In this document: piece after piece, positions 27,173 through 35,085 of the stretch
Position numbering within the stretch: the stretch's first letter is position 1
How the letters are laid out: every line of letters begins with the position of its first letter
Origin: Thermoplasmata archaeon
GTDB taxonomy: Archaea > Thermoplasmatota > Thermoplasmata > Lutacidiplasmatales > UBA184
Direction: 5' to 3'
Assembly: GCA_035656255.1 (NCBI GenBank)
Contig: DASRSV010000030.1
Coordinates: forward strand, 1,338-65,337
DNA length: 64,000 nt
Made by a program: the position numbers and the translations under genes
The notes under the pieces: generated by a model
The model's input: the letters and a program-made list of their open reading frames with translations, nothing else
Databases searched by the model: none
Told to the model about the DNA's origin: nothing

Positions 27173-27553
27173 GTGGCCCTTCCGGCGAAGCTCCAGAACG
27201 ACCTGCGGCAGTTCCAACGTTTGCAGCAGGACCTGGGGGCGGTCAGCCAACAGCGGCTCCAGTTCGACCTGAAGCTGCGCGAGATCACCCACACCCTCGA
27301 GGAGCTCAAGACGATCCCGGAGGATGCCGGGCTCTACCGACCGATTGGGAGCCTCCTCGTCCGGGCGAAGAGCCGGCAGGAGGTCGTCGACCTCCTGACC
27401 GAGGAGAAGGAGACGCTCGAGGTGCGGCTGAAGGCCGCCGAGCGCCAGGAGAACGGACTCAAGGAACGATACTCCACCATGCAACGCGAGCTCTCCGACG
27501 CCCTGCAAGCCGCCGGGGTCGCTCCGGCCGGCGCGGCGACCGGCGAACCGTAG
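27173..27553 (+). CDS. pfdB: Prefoldin beta subunit
   Basis: GTG 27173. Coiled-coil/hairpin with LEELKTIPEDAGLYRPIGSLLV, typical of the GimC beta class. Confidence 0.7.
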   Translation: MALPAKLQNDLRQFQRLQQDLGAVSQQRLQFDLKLREITHTLEELKTIPEDAGLYRPIGSLLVRAKSRQEVVDLLTEEKETLEVRLKAAERQENGLKERYSTMQRELSDALQAAGVAPAGAATGEP

Positions 27554-27563
27554 CCGCCGCCCG

Positions 27564-28625
27564 CTACACCGACCGGACGGTCAGCCGGTCCGCGATCTCT
27601 TCGAGCAGCGGTCGGTGCGCGGGGCGCACCGCGCGCGACCGACGGACGCGCGCGCGGGCCCGGTCGCTCAGTTCTCGAATCCTCTTCTCCGACCGCTCGA
27701 CGGCACCGGACCGTCGGAGCGCTTCGCGCGCCGCGTCGACCTGCGCCGGGGTCGCTCGTGGGTTCCCCAGCACCCGTCCGATCGCCCGACGGTCGGCCGC
27801 GTCGCCGAGCCGCCACGCGTCGACGACCAGAAGCGTCCGCTTACCTTCGACGACATCGTTCGCGCTCTTCTCGGCTTGGGTCGCCGAGAGCCCGGCGCCG
27901 AGAACGTCGTCGCGGAGCTGGAACGCGACGCCGGCGGCCGAGCCGAACGACCAGAGGTCGCGAACGAGCGCGGGCGATGCTCCCCCGAGCACCGCGCCGA
28001 TCTCGAGCGGCCCGGCTACGGTGTAGACAGCCGACTTGAGCAGGTGGACGGTGAGGACATCCTCTTCGCGGACCCGTTCGACGGGAAGCGTTCCGTTGCG
28101 GATGTCGAGCAGCTGACCGAGCGCCGTCTGCCGTGCCATCCGGGCGTACGCCTCGAGGGCCCGGAGGCGTCGCGCGGCGGGCACGCGGGTCGCGAGCAAG
28201 CTCCGGACCGTCACGGGCTCCTCCAGATCGCCCAACGTGATCCCCAAGCCGACCCCGAGGGCCACGGGATCTCCGATCGCCCCGGAGGCTCGGACCCGCG
28301 CCTCGATCGAACGGTACAGGGCGGGACCTCCGCGCCGGAGTTCGGAGTGGTCGATGATGTCGTCGTGGATCAGCATCCAGCTCTGGAAGTGCTCGAGCGC
28401 CGCGGCCGCCGGCAGCGCCGGCGACGGGTCCTTTCCGGTCGCGAGATGGTAGCCGGCGAGGACGAGCAACGCTCGGAACCGCTTGCCCCCGCGGAGGGTG
28501 AACTCCTCGAGGAGGTCCCAGTACTCGGAGAACTCACGGTCCGATCCTCTCCGCTCCCCCGCATACCGCGTGCGGAGCGCCCGTTCCAGCCGGGGACGAA
28601 ACGCGGTGAGTCGCTCGAAGTTCAA
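27564..28625 (-). CDS. idsA: Polyprenyl (geranylgeranyl) diphosphate synthase
   Basis: FARM MLIHDDIID and SARM FQLRDDVLG aspartate-rich motifs. TTG 28625 is the proposed start; the 5' ORF-track extension to 29075 is rejected. Confidence 0.8.
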   Translation of the reverse strand: MNFERLTAFRPRLERALRTRYAGERRGSDREFSEYWDLLEEFTLRGGKRFRALLVLAGYHLATGKDPSPALPAAAALEHFQSWMLIHDDIIDHSELRRGGPALYRSIEARVRASGAIGDPVALGVGLGITLGDLEEPVTVRSLLATRVPAARRLRALEAYARMARQTALGQLLDIRNGTLPVERVREEDVLTVHLLKSAVYTVAGPLEIGAVLGGASPALVRDLWSFGSAAGVAFQLRDDVLGAGLSATQAEKSANDVVEGKRTLLVVDAWRLGDAADRRAIGRVLGNPRATPAQVDAAREALRRSGAVERSEKRIRELSDRARARVRRSRAVRPAHRPLLEEIADRLTVRSV

Positions 28626-28651
28626 GGTCGGTCGCGGCTCCGGCTTACGCG

Positions 28652-28658
28652 TATATAA
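28652..28658. promoter_or_regulatory. Single TATATAA element centred about 27-30 nt from two divergent start codons (TTG 28625 on -, GTG 28683 on +)
   Basis: Near-palindromic TATA element in a 57-nt divergent intergenic region; both flanking genes would be leaderless. Confidence 0.4.
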
Positions 28659-28682
28659 CCGCCGAGGCGAATCCGGTCGTCG

Positions 28683-29828
28683 GTGGCCGTTCCGGTGTTC
28701 TCCGAACTCGTCGCCGGCCTCGTGGAGGCGCTCGGGGAGCGGATGGACGCGGCCCGACCGATCGACGAGGGCCTGCTCGTGCGGACGCAGGACGGTTTCC
28801 TCTTCGCGTTCCTGGAGGACCCGAACCGCGTCTCGCTCGACACGGTCCGGCGACTGTTCGACGAGGTCGCTCCGACCCCGGCCCGGCTCGCGGTGCTCGC
28901 ACCGGGGCGGCTTCCGCTCGCCATCGGTACGGAGGTACTGAAGCAGGGCGGGAGCCTCATCGACGGTCAGCGGTTCGTCGAGCTCGCGCGCGGGCTCGGG
29001 CTCGACCAGTACCTGGGTCAGGAGCCGAAGCCGACGGCGGCGCGGGAGAGTTCGCGGCTCCTCCCGAGCGCGCAACAGCTCGACGTCGTGATGGGTCGAG
29101 GGAGGACCTGGCTCGACTGGGGCGTGCCCGCCCTCGCCCTCCGGTTCTTCCGTCAGGCCCTCGCCCAGAAGCCGGAATTCCTACCGGCGAAGGTGGGCGT
29201 CGGCACCGCCCTGCTCGGGCTCGGGCTCACGGACGACGCGGAGCGGACGTTCCAGGAAGCCCTCGGGCAGCATCCTGAGGACGTGGATGCGCGGATCGGC
29301 CTCGCTTCGGTGCTCGGCGCCCGCGGCAAGATCGCCGAAGAGGTCGCCGTCTACCGCGAGATCCTCGCCGGTGCTCCGTCGATCGCGCGCGTCCGCGCCC
29401 ACCTCCTGGCCGCCCTGATGTTCGAGAAGAACTGGTCGGAGGCGCGCACCGAGGTCGAAGCGATGCTCACGTCGACCCCGGAGGAGCCGCAGCTCCGGTT
29501 CCTCCACGGAGTGTCGCTCACCGAATCCGGGGCGACCGCCGAGGGGGAGCGGGAGAAGCAGCGAGGCCGCGAGCTCGGGCTCACGTGGGATCGTGAGCGG
29601 GCCCTCCTCGAGCACTTGGGCCTGCCGGTGCCGGCTCCGCCCATCCGCGGCGTGCCCTCGGCGCCGACGTCCGCTCCGTCGGAGGTGCGGGCGTCGGCCG
29701 GCCGCCGACCCGCCTCGGTCCGCCCGCGACCGCGTCGGCCCCGAACGAGGAGCGCACGCACGACCGGACCGCCCACGAAGAGGCGCCGGCGTACGCCGAC
29801 CGGCCGTTCGGGCCGTAAACGTAAGTAG
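28683..29828 (+). CDS. Restriction-endonuclease-like (Mrr-cat-like) N-domain / TPR-repeat protein with a highly basic C-terminal tail
   Basis: N-terminal FSELVAGLVEALGERMD...GLLVRTQDGFLFAFLE resembles REase-fold N-domains. There are at least 4 TPR-like repeats. The last roughly 70 aa are R/P/T/K-rich. Confidence 0.5.
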   Translation: MAVPVFSELVAGLVEALGERMDAARPIDEGLLVRTQDGFLFAFLEDPNRVSLDTVRRLFDEVAPTPARLAVLAPGRLPLAIGTEVLKQGGSLIDGQRFVELARGLGLDQYLGQEPKPTAARESSRLLPSAQQLDVVMGRGRTWLDWGVPALALRFFRQALAQKPEFLPAKVGVGTALLGLGLTDDAERTFQEALGQHPEDVDARIGLASVLGARGKIAEEVAVYREILAGAPSIARVRAHLLAALMFEKNWSEARTEVEAMLTSTPEEPQLRFLHGVSLTESGATAEGEREKQRGRELGLTWDRERALLEHLGLPVPAPPIRGVPSAPTSAPSEVRASAGRRPASVRPRPRRPRTRSARTTGPPTKRRRRTPTGRSGRKRK

Positions 29829-29861
29829 CGGCGCCCGGGGTCGCCGCCCCCGGAGAGCGTC

Positions 29862-30779
29862 GTGCGGGTCGTCTCCGTGCTTCCGAGCGCGACCGAGATC
29901 GTCTGCGCCCTCGGACTCCGGGGAAGCCTCGTCGGCCGCAGCGAGGAGTGCGACTACCCTCCCTCGGTCCGGGAACTTCCGGTCGTCATGCACGCCCGGA
30001 GCGCGGACACCGACCGAGCCTCCGCCGAGATCGATGTTCGGGTGCAAGCGGCGCGTCGCGCCGGGGCGAGCCTCTACACGCTCGACGTGGCCACCCTCGC
30101 CGCGCTGCGCCCCGATGTGATCCTCACCCAGGACCTCTGCGGCGTCTGCTCGGTGACGACCGACGAGGTCGCGGACGGCTGCGCGAGGGCCGGGGTCTCG
30201 CCACGGATCGTCACGCTGACGCCGCGCACCCTGGCCGACGTCTGGGCGTCCGCGGAGACGATCGGAGCCTCGCTCGGCGTCCCGGAACGGGGCCAGGAAC
30301 TTGCGTCGGGCCTGCGCACCCGATCGATGCCCGGCTCCGCGGGGGACCGGCGACCTCGCGTCGCGGTTGTCGAATGGGTCGATCCGCCGATCTTGGCTGG
30401 GCTTTGGGTACCGGAGATGATCGGGAGCGCCGGGGGCGATCCGGTCGGACCGGCCCCCGGGGAGGTCGGCGAACGAACGACGTGGCCGGAGGTCGCCGAT
30501 CGGCACCCCGACCTTGTCATCGTCAGCCCGTGCAGCTTCTCGGTCGAACGGACCCGCGCGGAACTTCGGGCGAGCCGCACGGCGCGGGGGCTCCTTCGGC
30601 TGCGCCCCCCACTCGGCACGTGGATCCTCGATGAATCGTACTTCAGCCGTCCCGGGCCCCGGCTCGCGAACGGGGTCGCACTGCTCCGGGCCCTCGTTCG
30701 GAGGGAGCTAGCCGCCGATGGTGGGGCGAACCCGACTTGGATGCCGCTCCTTCCCCCGGTCGCCGAGGAGGCTGCGTGA
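29862..30779 (+). CDS. Periplasmic-binding-protein family 2 (cobalamin/siderophore BtuF-like) substrate-binding protein
   Basis: MRVVSVLPSATEIVCALGL, DVILTQDLC and LVIVSPC are Peripla_BP_2 hallmarks. A GGAGAG lies upstream of GTG 29862. Confidence 0.65.
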   Translation: MRVVSVLPSATEIVCALGLRGSLVGRSEECDYPPSVRELPVVMHARSADTDRASAEIDVRVQAARRAGASLYTLDVATLAALRPDVILTQDLCGVCSVTTDEVADGCARAGVSPRIVTLTPRTLADVWASAETIGASLGVPERGQELASGLRTRSMPGSAGDRRPRVAVVEWVDPPILAGLWVPEMIGSAGGDPVGPAPGEVGERTTWPEVADRHPDLVIVSPCSFSVERTRAELRASRTARGLLRLRPPLGTWILDESYFSRPGPRLANGVALLRALVRRELAADGGANPTWMPLLPPVAEEAA

Positions 30780-31471
30780 GCGCCCCGTCGTACGTTTGGG
30801 GTCCCGCCCCCGCGCCCGTTCAGCGGATCACGACCTCGCGGACCGAGATCCTCCATCTGCTGATCGCGTACCTGGTCCTGACGGTCGACATAGCGATCCT
30901 GCGGGAGGGTGTCGGCTTCGGGGTTCCCACCGGCTTCGCGCTCTCCCAGCTCCCGTTCGATCTTGGCCTCGGCGCGGCGGTCGCGGCCACCGGGTTCGTC
31001 GCCCACGAGCTCGCGCACAAGATCGTCGCCCAGCGCTACGGATTCTGGGCGGAGTTCCGGATGTCCCCGATCGGGCTCCTCGTTTCGGTCATGACGTCGT
31101 TCGTCGGCTTCCTCATGGCGCTCCCCGGCGCGACCGTGATCGGTGGGCTCGGCGACGAGCGCGAGTGGGGAAGGACGAGCCTCGCCGGTCCGGTGCTGAA
31201 CCTCGTGGAGGGGACCGTCTTCTTCGCCCTCGCGTGGGTCGCCTGGTTCGTCGCGCTCGCCCCGACGGCGGCGATCTTCCTCCTCCTCCTCGCCCTGTTC
31301 AACGGCGTGTTCGCGTCGTTCAACCTGATCCCGCTCGGGCTGCTGGACGGCCGGAAGGTGTTCCGCTGGAACAAGGCGGTCTGGGCCGTCAGCTTCGCCG
31401 GGGCGCTCGTGTTCACCGGCTGGATGTTTGCGACCTTCTACCTACCCACCCCGCCGCCGCCGTTCTCGTGA
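30776..31471 (+). CDS. Site-2 protease family (M50) zinc metalloprotease
   Basis: HELAHK HExxH motif within a TM helix, a multi-pass membrane topology and LDGGRV-like NPDG (LLDGRKV) motif. GTGA overlap with the upstream gene. Confidence 0.7.
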   Translation: MSAPSYVWGPAPAPVQRITTSRTEILHLLIAYLVLTVDIAILREGVGFGVPTGFALSQLPFDLGLGAAVAATGFVAHELAHKIVAQRYGFWAEFRMSPIGLLVSVMTSFVGFLMALPGATVIGGLGDEREWGRTSLAGPVLNLVEGTVFFALAWVAWFVALAPTAAIFLLLLALFNGVFASFNLIPLGLLDGRKVFRWNKAVWAVSFAGALVFTGWMFATFYLPTPPPPFS

Positions 31472-31478
31472 GCTCCTG

Positions 31479-32411
31479 ATGGTCGGAGGTTCCGTCTCCG
31501 ATCTCGGCTCGGGGCGACTGCTCCTCGATCTCAACTTTCGCGACGAGGAAGGACTGGTCGCGAGCTACCTGCTGCCCACTGACGATGGGTGGTCGCTGGT
31601 GGAGACGGGGCCGACGACCTGCCGGCCACAGCTGCTCGATGCGCTCGGTCGGGCCGGGGCCGGGCCGTCGGATGTCCGACGGGTGTTCCTCACGCACATC
31701 CACCTCGACCACGCGGGCGGGGCGGGAGCGCTCGCGGCCGACCTCCCGAACGCCCGGTTCTACGTCCACGAAGCAGGGGTGCGCCACCTGGTCGATCCCG
31801 CCCGGCTCGTCGAAAGCGCCCGGAGGGCTTGGGGGCCCGCGGCGGACGAGCTGTGGGGCCCGGTGATTCCCCTCCCGTCCGGTCGCGTAGCAGCGCTGGC
31901 CGGGGGCGAACGGTTCCCCCACGAGGGGGGAGAGCTGGTCACCCTCGCCACCCCCGGTCACGCGCGGCACCATCTCTCGTTCTTCGATACGGCGACTGGG
32001 AGCGTGTTCACCGGCGATTCGGCCGGGGTCCGCCTTCCGGGGAGCGGGCGAGCCCGCCCCGCGGTTCCTCCGCCCGACCTCGACCTCGAGCAGCTCTTCG
32101 CGAGCCTCGACCGGATGGCGGAGCTAGGGCCGCGGCGGCTGCTGTACAGCCATTTCGGCCCCGTCGAGGGCGGAGTGGAGCTCCTGCGCGACTATCGAGC
32201 GGCGGTCGATGAATGGAAGACGGTCGCCTTGGAAGCGGCGCGGAGAGACCCATCTCCGGAGTCGGTCGCCGGCGCCCTCCGCTCGGCCTCCAGTGCCGAG
32301 GCGCCGAGCCCGCCGTGGATCGAGCGACGGGGCGAGATCATCTCGAGCTACGTGGTGGCCGCTCAGGGGTTGCTCCGCTACTTTCGGGTGCGGGGGCTGA
32401 TCCCGGGGTGA
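31479..32411 (+). CDS. MBL-fold metallo-hydrolase
   Basis: THIHLDHAGG (HxHxDH) motif and downstream His residues (TPGHARHH). Confidence 0.75.
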   Translation: MVGGSVSDLGSGRLLLDLNFRDEEGLVASYLLPTDDGWSLVETGPTTCRPQLLDALGRAGAGPSDVRRVFLTHIHLDHAGGAGALAADLPNARFYVHEAGVRHLVDPARLVESARRAWGPAADELWGPVIPLPSGRVAALAGGERFPHEGGELVTLATPGHARHHLSFFDTATGSVFTGDSAGVRLPGSGRARPAVPPPDLDLEQLFASLDRMAELGPRRLLYSHFGPVEGGVELLRDYRAAVDEWKTVALEAARRDPSPESVAGALRSASSAEAPSPPWIERRGEIISSYVVAAQGLLRYFRVRGLIPG

Positions 32412-33658
32412 ACGCGGCCCCCGAGGTGCCGAAGCGACGTCGTGACGTCGCGGCGGCGGCGCTCTTCGTCGCACGGCTCGTCTACGCCTTCAATTGGTAC
32501 AACGTCGGGGCGGTTCTCCCGCTCATCGGCGCGTCGCTGCATGCGTCGACCGCCGAGCTCGGGATCGTCCTCGGCGCGTTCCTCGTCGGGGTCGGCGCGT
32601 TCCAGATCCCGGCAGGGATCGCCGCCACGCGGTGGAACCCACGCGAGGTCTCGATGGTCGGACTCGCGGCGATGTCGGCGTTCTGCATCGCGTCGGCGTT
32701 CGCTCCGAGCTGGCCGCTCCTCGCGCTAGCCCGCTTCGGCGCGGGGGTCGGGGCGGCGTTTTTCTTCGCCCCCGCGCTCAGCCTGATCGCCGCGTACTAT
32801 GCTGCGGGCCAGCGTGGGCTCGTGGTCGGAATGTACAACGGCGGGTTCAGCATCGGTGGGGCCGTGGGCCTCTTCGCCGGGGCCGCCGCGGGGCTCGCGT
32901 ACGGATGGCCGTTCGCCCTCGGGGCCGGAGGCGTCGCGCTGGCCCTCAGCACGGGGATCACCTGGGCCCTCCTCCCGCTGCCGGCCTCCGTTCCTCGCCG
33001 ACACGACCTCTCGTCGACCCTCGCCACGAGCCGGCGCGTCCTCCTCTCCCGATCGATCTGGGCCCTCGCCCTGGGCCTCACGGGCTTCTGGGCGGCGATC
33101 TACGTTGTGGCGCAGTACTTCGTGAAGTACGCCGCCGACGTCCAACCCCAGTGGGGACTCGGGGTCGCGGCGATCCTCTCCGGGGTCACGGTGTTCGCCT
33201 CGTTCCCGGGGGGCCCGGTCGGCGGGTGGCTCGCCGAGCGCGGGATGGACCGGCGTTGGCTCGTGGGCGTCTTCGGCCTCGCGACGGGCCTGCTGGTTCT
33301 GGCGCTCCCGTTCACTCCGCTGTTCGCGCTCTGGCCGCTCTTCGCTCTGCTCGGGCTCGTCGACGGGATTGTCTTCGCGGTCGAGTACCTCATCCCGGCC
33401 TACCTCTCGGACACGGCCGGGGAGGGGGTCGCGCTCGGGGTCGCGTTCATCAATTCACTCCAGGTGCTGATCGGCAGCGGGATCGCGATCGGATTCGGGT
33501 TCCTCGCGGCGGCTGATGGCTACTTGCCGGCGTGGATCGTGATCGCCGTGCTCACCGTGGGGCTGCTCCCCCTCCTCGCGTGGGTCGAGCCCAACCGTGC
33601 GCGCGGAGACGCGACGCCGAGACCGACCGAAGTGAAACCGGGGGGCGCGCGCGGCTAG
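32408..33658 (+). CDS. MFS transporter
   Basis: 12 predicted TM helices. GTG 32408 overlaps the MBL stop as GTGA. Confidence 0.7.
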   Translation: MNAAPEVPKRRRDVAAAALFVARLVYAFNWYNVGAVLPLIGASLHASTAELGIVLGAFLVGVGAFQIPAGIAATRWNPREVSMVGLAAMSAFCIASAFAPSWPLLALARFGAGVGAAFFFAPALSLIAAYYAAGQRGLVVGMYNGGFSIGGAVGLFAGAAAGLAYGWPFALGAGGVALALSTGITWALLPLPASVPRRHDLSSTLATSRRVLLSRSIWALALGLTGFWAAIYVVAQYFVKYAADVQPQWGLGVAAILSGVTVFASFPGGPVGGWLAERGMDRRWLVGVFGLATGLLVLALPFTPLFALWPLFALLGLVDGIVFAVEYLIPAYLSDTAGEGVALGVAFINSLQVLIGSGIAIGFGFLAAADGYLPAWIVIAVLTVGLLPLLAWVEPNRARGDATPRPTEVKPGGARG

Positions 33659-33798
33659 TCCGGTGCCGTTCGACGACCCCGGGTGGCCGGAACTCGGCGG
33701 GAGGACGCCCGGCAACGCGGCCCCCCCATCGATGACGGCCCCGGGAATCGTGGGCAAGGTTTAGACCTGATCTTCGGTGCGGAAGACGAAGGAGACCG

Positions 33799-34533
33799 AT
33801 GTCCACGATTCCCCCTGCCCCGCGGAAGGTCCGCCTCTTGGACTCCCACCCGGAGACCGCGGAGGCGCGGACATTCCGGTTCGATCGCGGGAGTCCGCCG
33901 TACGAGTGGCGAGCCGGTCAGAACCTCGTCATGACCATCTCGGGGGTGGAGGGGCCGAAAGGACCCACCTACCCTTTCACCGTCTCGTCGAGTCCGACCG
34001 AACCTGGGTTCCTCGCGATCACGACGTTCCTTCGGGACACGCCGTTCAAGCGTCGGCTGGCCGCCCTCAAGCCCGGAGAGACCGTCGATCTCGACGGCCC
34101 CGAGGGCACGTTCGTGCTCGAGCCCGGTAGGCCGGCGGTCATGGTCGCCGGCGGGATCGGCGTCACGCCGTTCCGAAGCATGCTTCGCTTCGCGACGGAC
34201 TCGCGACTCGAAAAGCCGCTCGTGCTCGTCTATTCGAGCCGCACCCTCGAATCGATCGTCTTCCGGGCCGAGCTCGATGAGCTCGCGCGCCGCAATCACG
34301 CGATCCGCGTCCTCCACACGATCACCCGCCCCGACGCCTCGGATCCGCGGTGGGGGGGACGGACGGGCCGGATCGACGGGGAGTTGCTCCGCGAAGCGAT
34401 GCGGGGGGTCCGCCACCCCCTCGTCTACGTCGCTGGGCCCCCGGAGTTCGTGCGCGCCGGCCGCAAGCTGCTCGCCGACGAGATCCGCATCGCCGCCGAC
34501 GACATCCGGACCGACGAGTTCGACGGATACTGA
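33799..34533 (+). CDS. FNR-like FAD/NAD(P)-binding oxidoreductase
   Basis: RxYS-type FAD motif region (FTVSSSP) and GGIGVTP NAD-binding motif. GGAGA lies 6 nt upstream of the ATG. Confidence 0.7.
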   Translation: MSTIPPAPRKVRLLDSHPETAEARTFRFDRGSPPYEWRAGQNLVMTISGVEGPKGPTYPFTVSSSPTEPGFLAITTFLRDTPFKRRLAALKPGETVDLDGPEGTFVLEPGRPAVMVAGGIGVTPFRSMLRFATDSRLEKPLVLVYSSRTLESIVFRAELDELARRNHAIRVLHTITRPDASDPRWGGRTGRIDGELLREAMRGVRHPLVYVAGPPEFVRAGRKLLADEIRIAADDIRTDEFDGY

Positions 34534-34564
34534 TCCCCCGTCTCGGGCAGGCTCCGGTCGGGCC

Positions 34565-34573
34565 ACTTAATTA
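34565..34573 (+). promoter_or_regulatory. TATA-like element (ACTTAATTA) about 27 nt upstream of tRNA-Gln
   Basis: AT-rich element at the canonical archaeal spacing before the mature tRNA 5' end. Confidence 0.5.
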
Positions 34574-34596
34574 CCGGGCCCTGACGTGGAGTCTCC

Positions 34597-34669
34597 AGCC
34601 CCGTGGTGTAGCGGCCAAGCATGCTGGCCTTTGGAGCCGGCGACAGCGGTTCGAATCCGCTCGGGGCTA
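34597..34669 (+). tRNA. tRNA-Gln (anticodon TTG/UUG); CCA not encoded
   Basis: 7-bp acceptor stem (AGCCCCG/CGGGGCT) with discriminator A. Anticodon arm CTGGC-CTTTGGA-GCCGG (U33, anticodon UUG, G37). T arm GCGG-TTCGAAT-CCGC. Nearly identical in layout to haloarchaeal tRNA-Gln(UUG). Confidence 0.85.
34642..34669 (+). repeat. Left copy of the direct repeat (tRNA-Gln 3' end; attL-like)
   Basis: ACAGCGG..CGAATCCGCTCGGGGCTA. The 18-nt core CGAATCCGCTCGGGGCTA is repeated exactly at 37904-37921. Confidence 0.7.
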
Positions 34670-35085
34670 TGGTCCGAATGGGGGCATCTCCCCTCACCCG
34701 AACCCGCCTCCGCCGAGGTGAGGCCTCCAGAAGTTCGGCTCGAAACGGACTCCGGCGGCCCGCGAAGCGTGCCTTGTGGACGGCCCGATCGTGGCTGACC
34801 CATGGGCGCTCGGGAATCCCCCCACCCGAACTTCCCCCGAGCGGCAACTCGGTGTAGCGCAGTCTCAATAGAAATCTCGAATTTCACGCGAGTTCGTGGG
34901 TCGGCTCGCGTCCAAGAGAGAGGTCCAAGAGCCCTTCGCTCGCGTCGACCGCCCGGCCCCGACCAGCTCCGAGGCGACCGGATCGATTCAAACCAGGCGA
35001 CGGCGCGACGACCCACTCCACCGGGGAACAAGATGTCTCAAGCCCGGCGCGAAAATGACTTGCCGGCCGCTCAGGTCGGTCGAGG

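Noticed and set aside
29829-29861. GC-rich quasi-palindrome GGCGCCCGGGG…CCGCCCCCGG read as a terminator
   Set aside because: The two arms are not exact complements. Archaeal terminators are typically oligo-T tracts, which are absent here. The segment more likely holds the GGAGAG ribosome-binding site of the next gene.
34810-34930. Possible second tRNA (string CTCGGTGTAGCGCAGTC resembles a D-arm)
   Set aside because: No acceptor pairing, no TTCGAAT-type T-loop, and no anticodon arm could be folded. Judged a chance resemblance.
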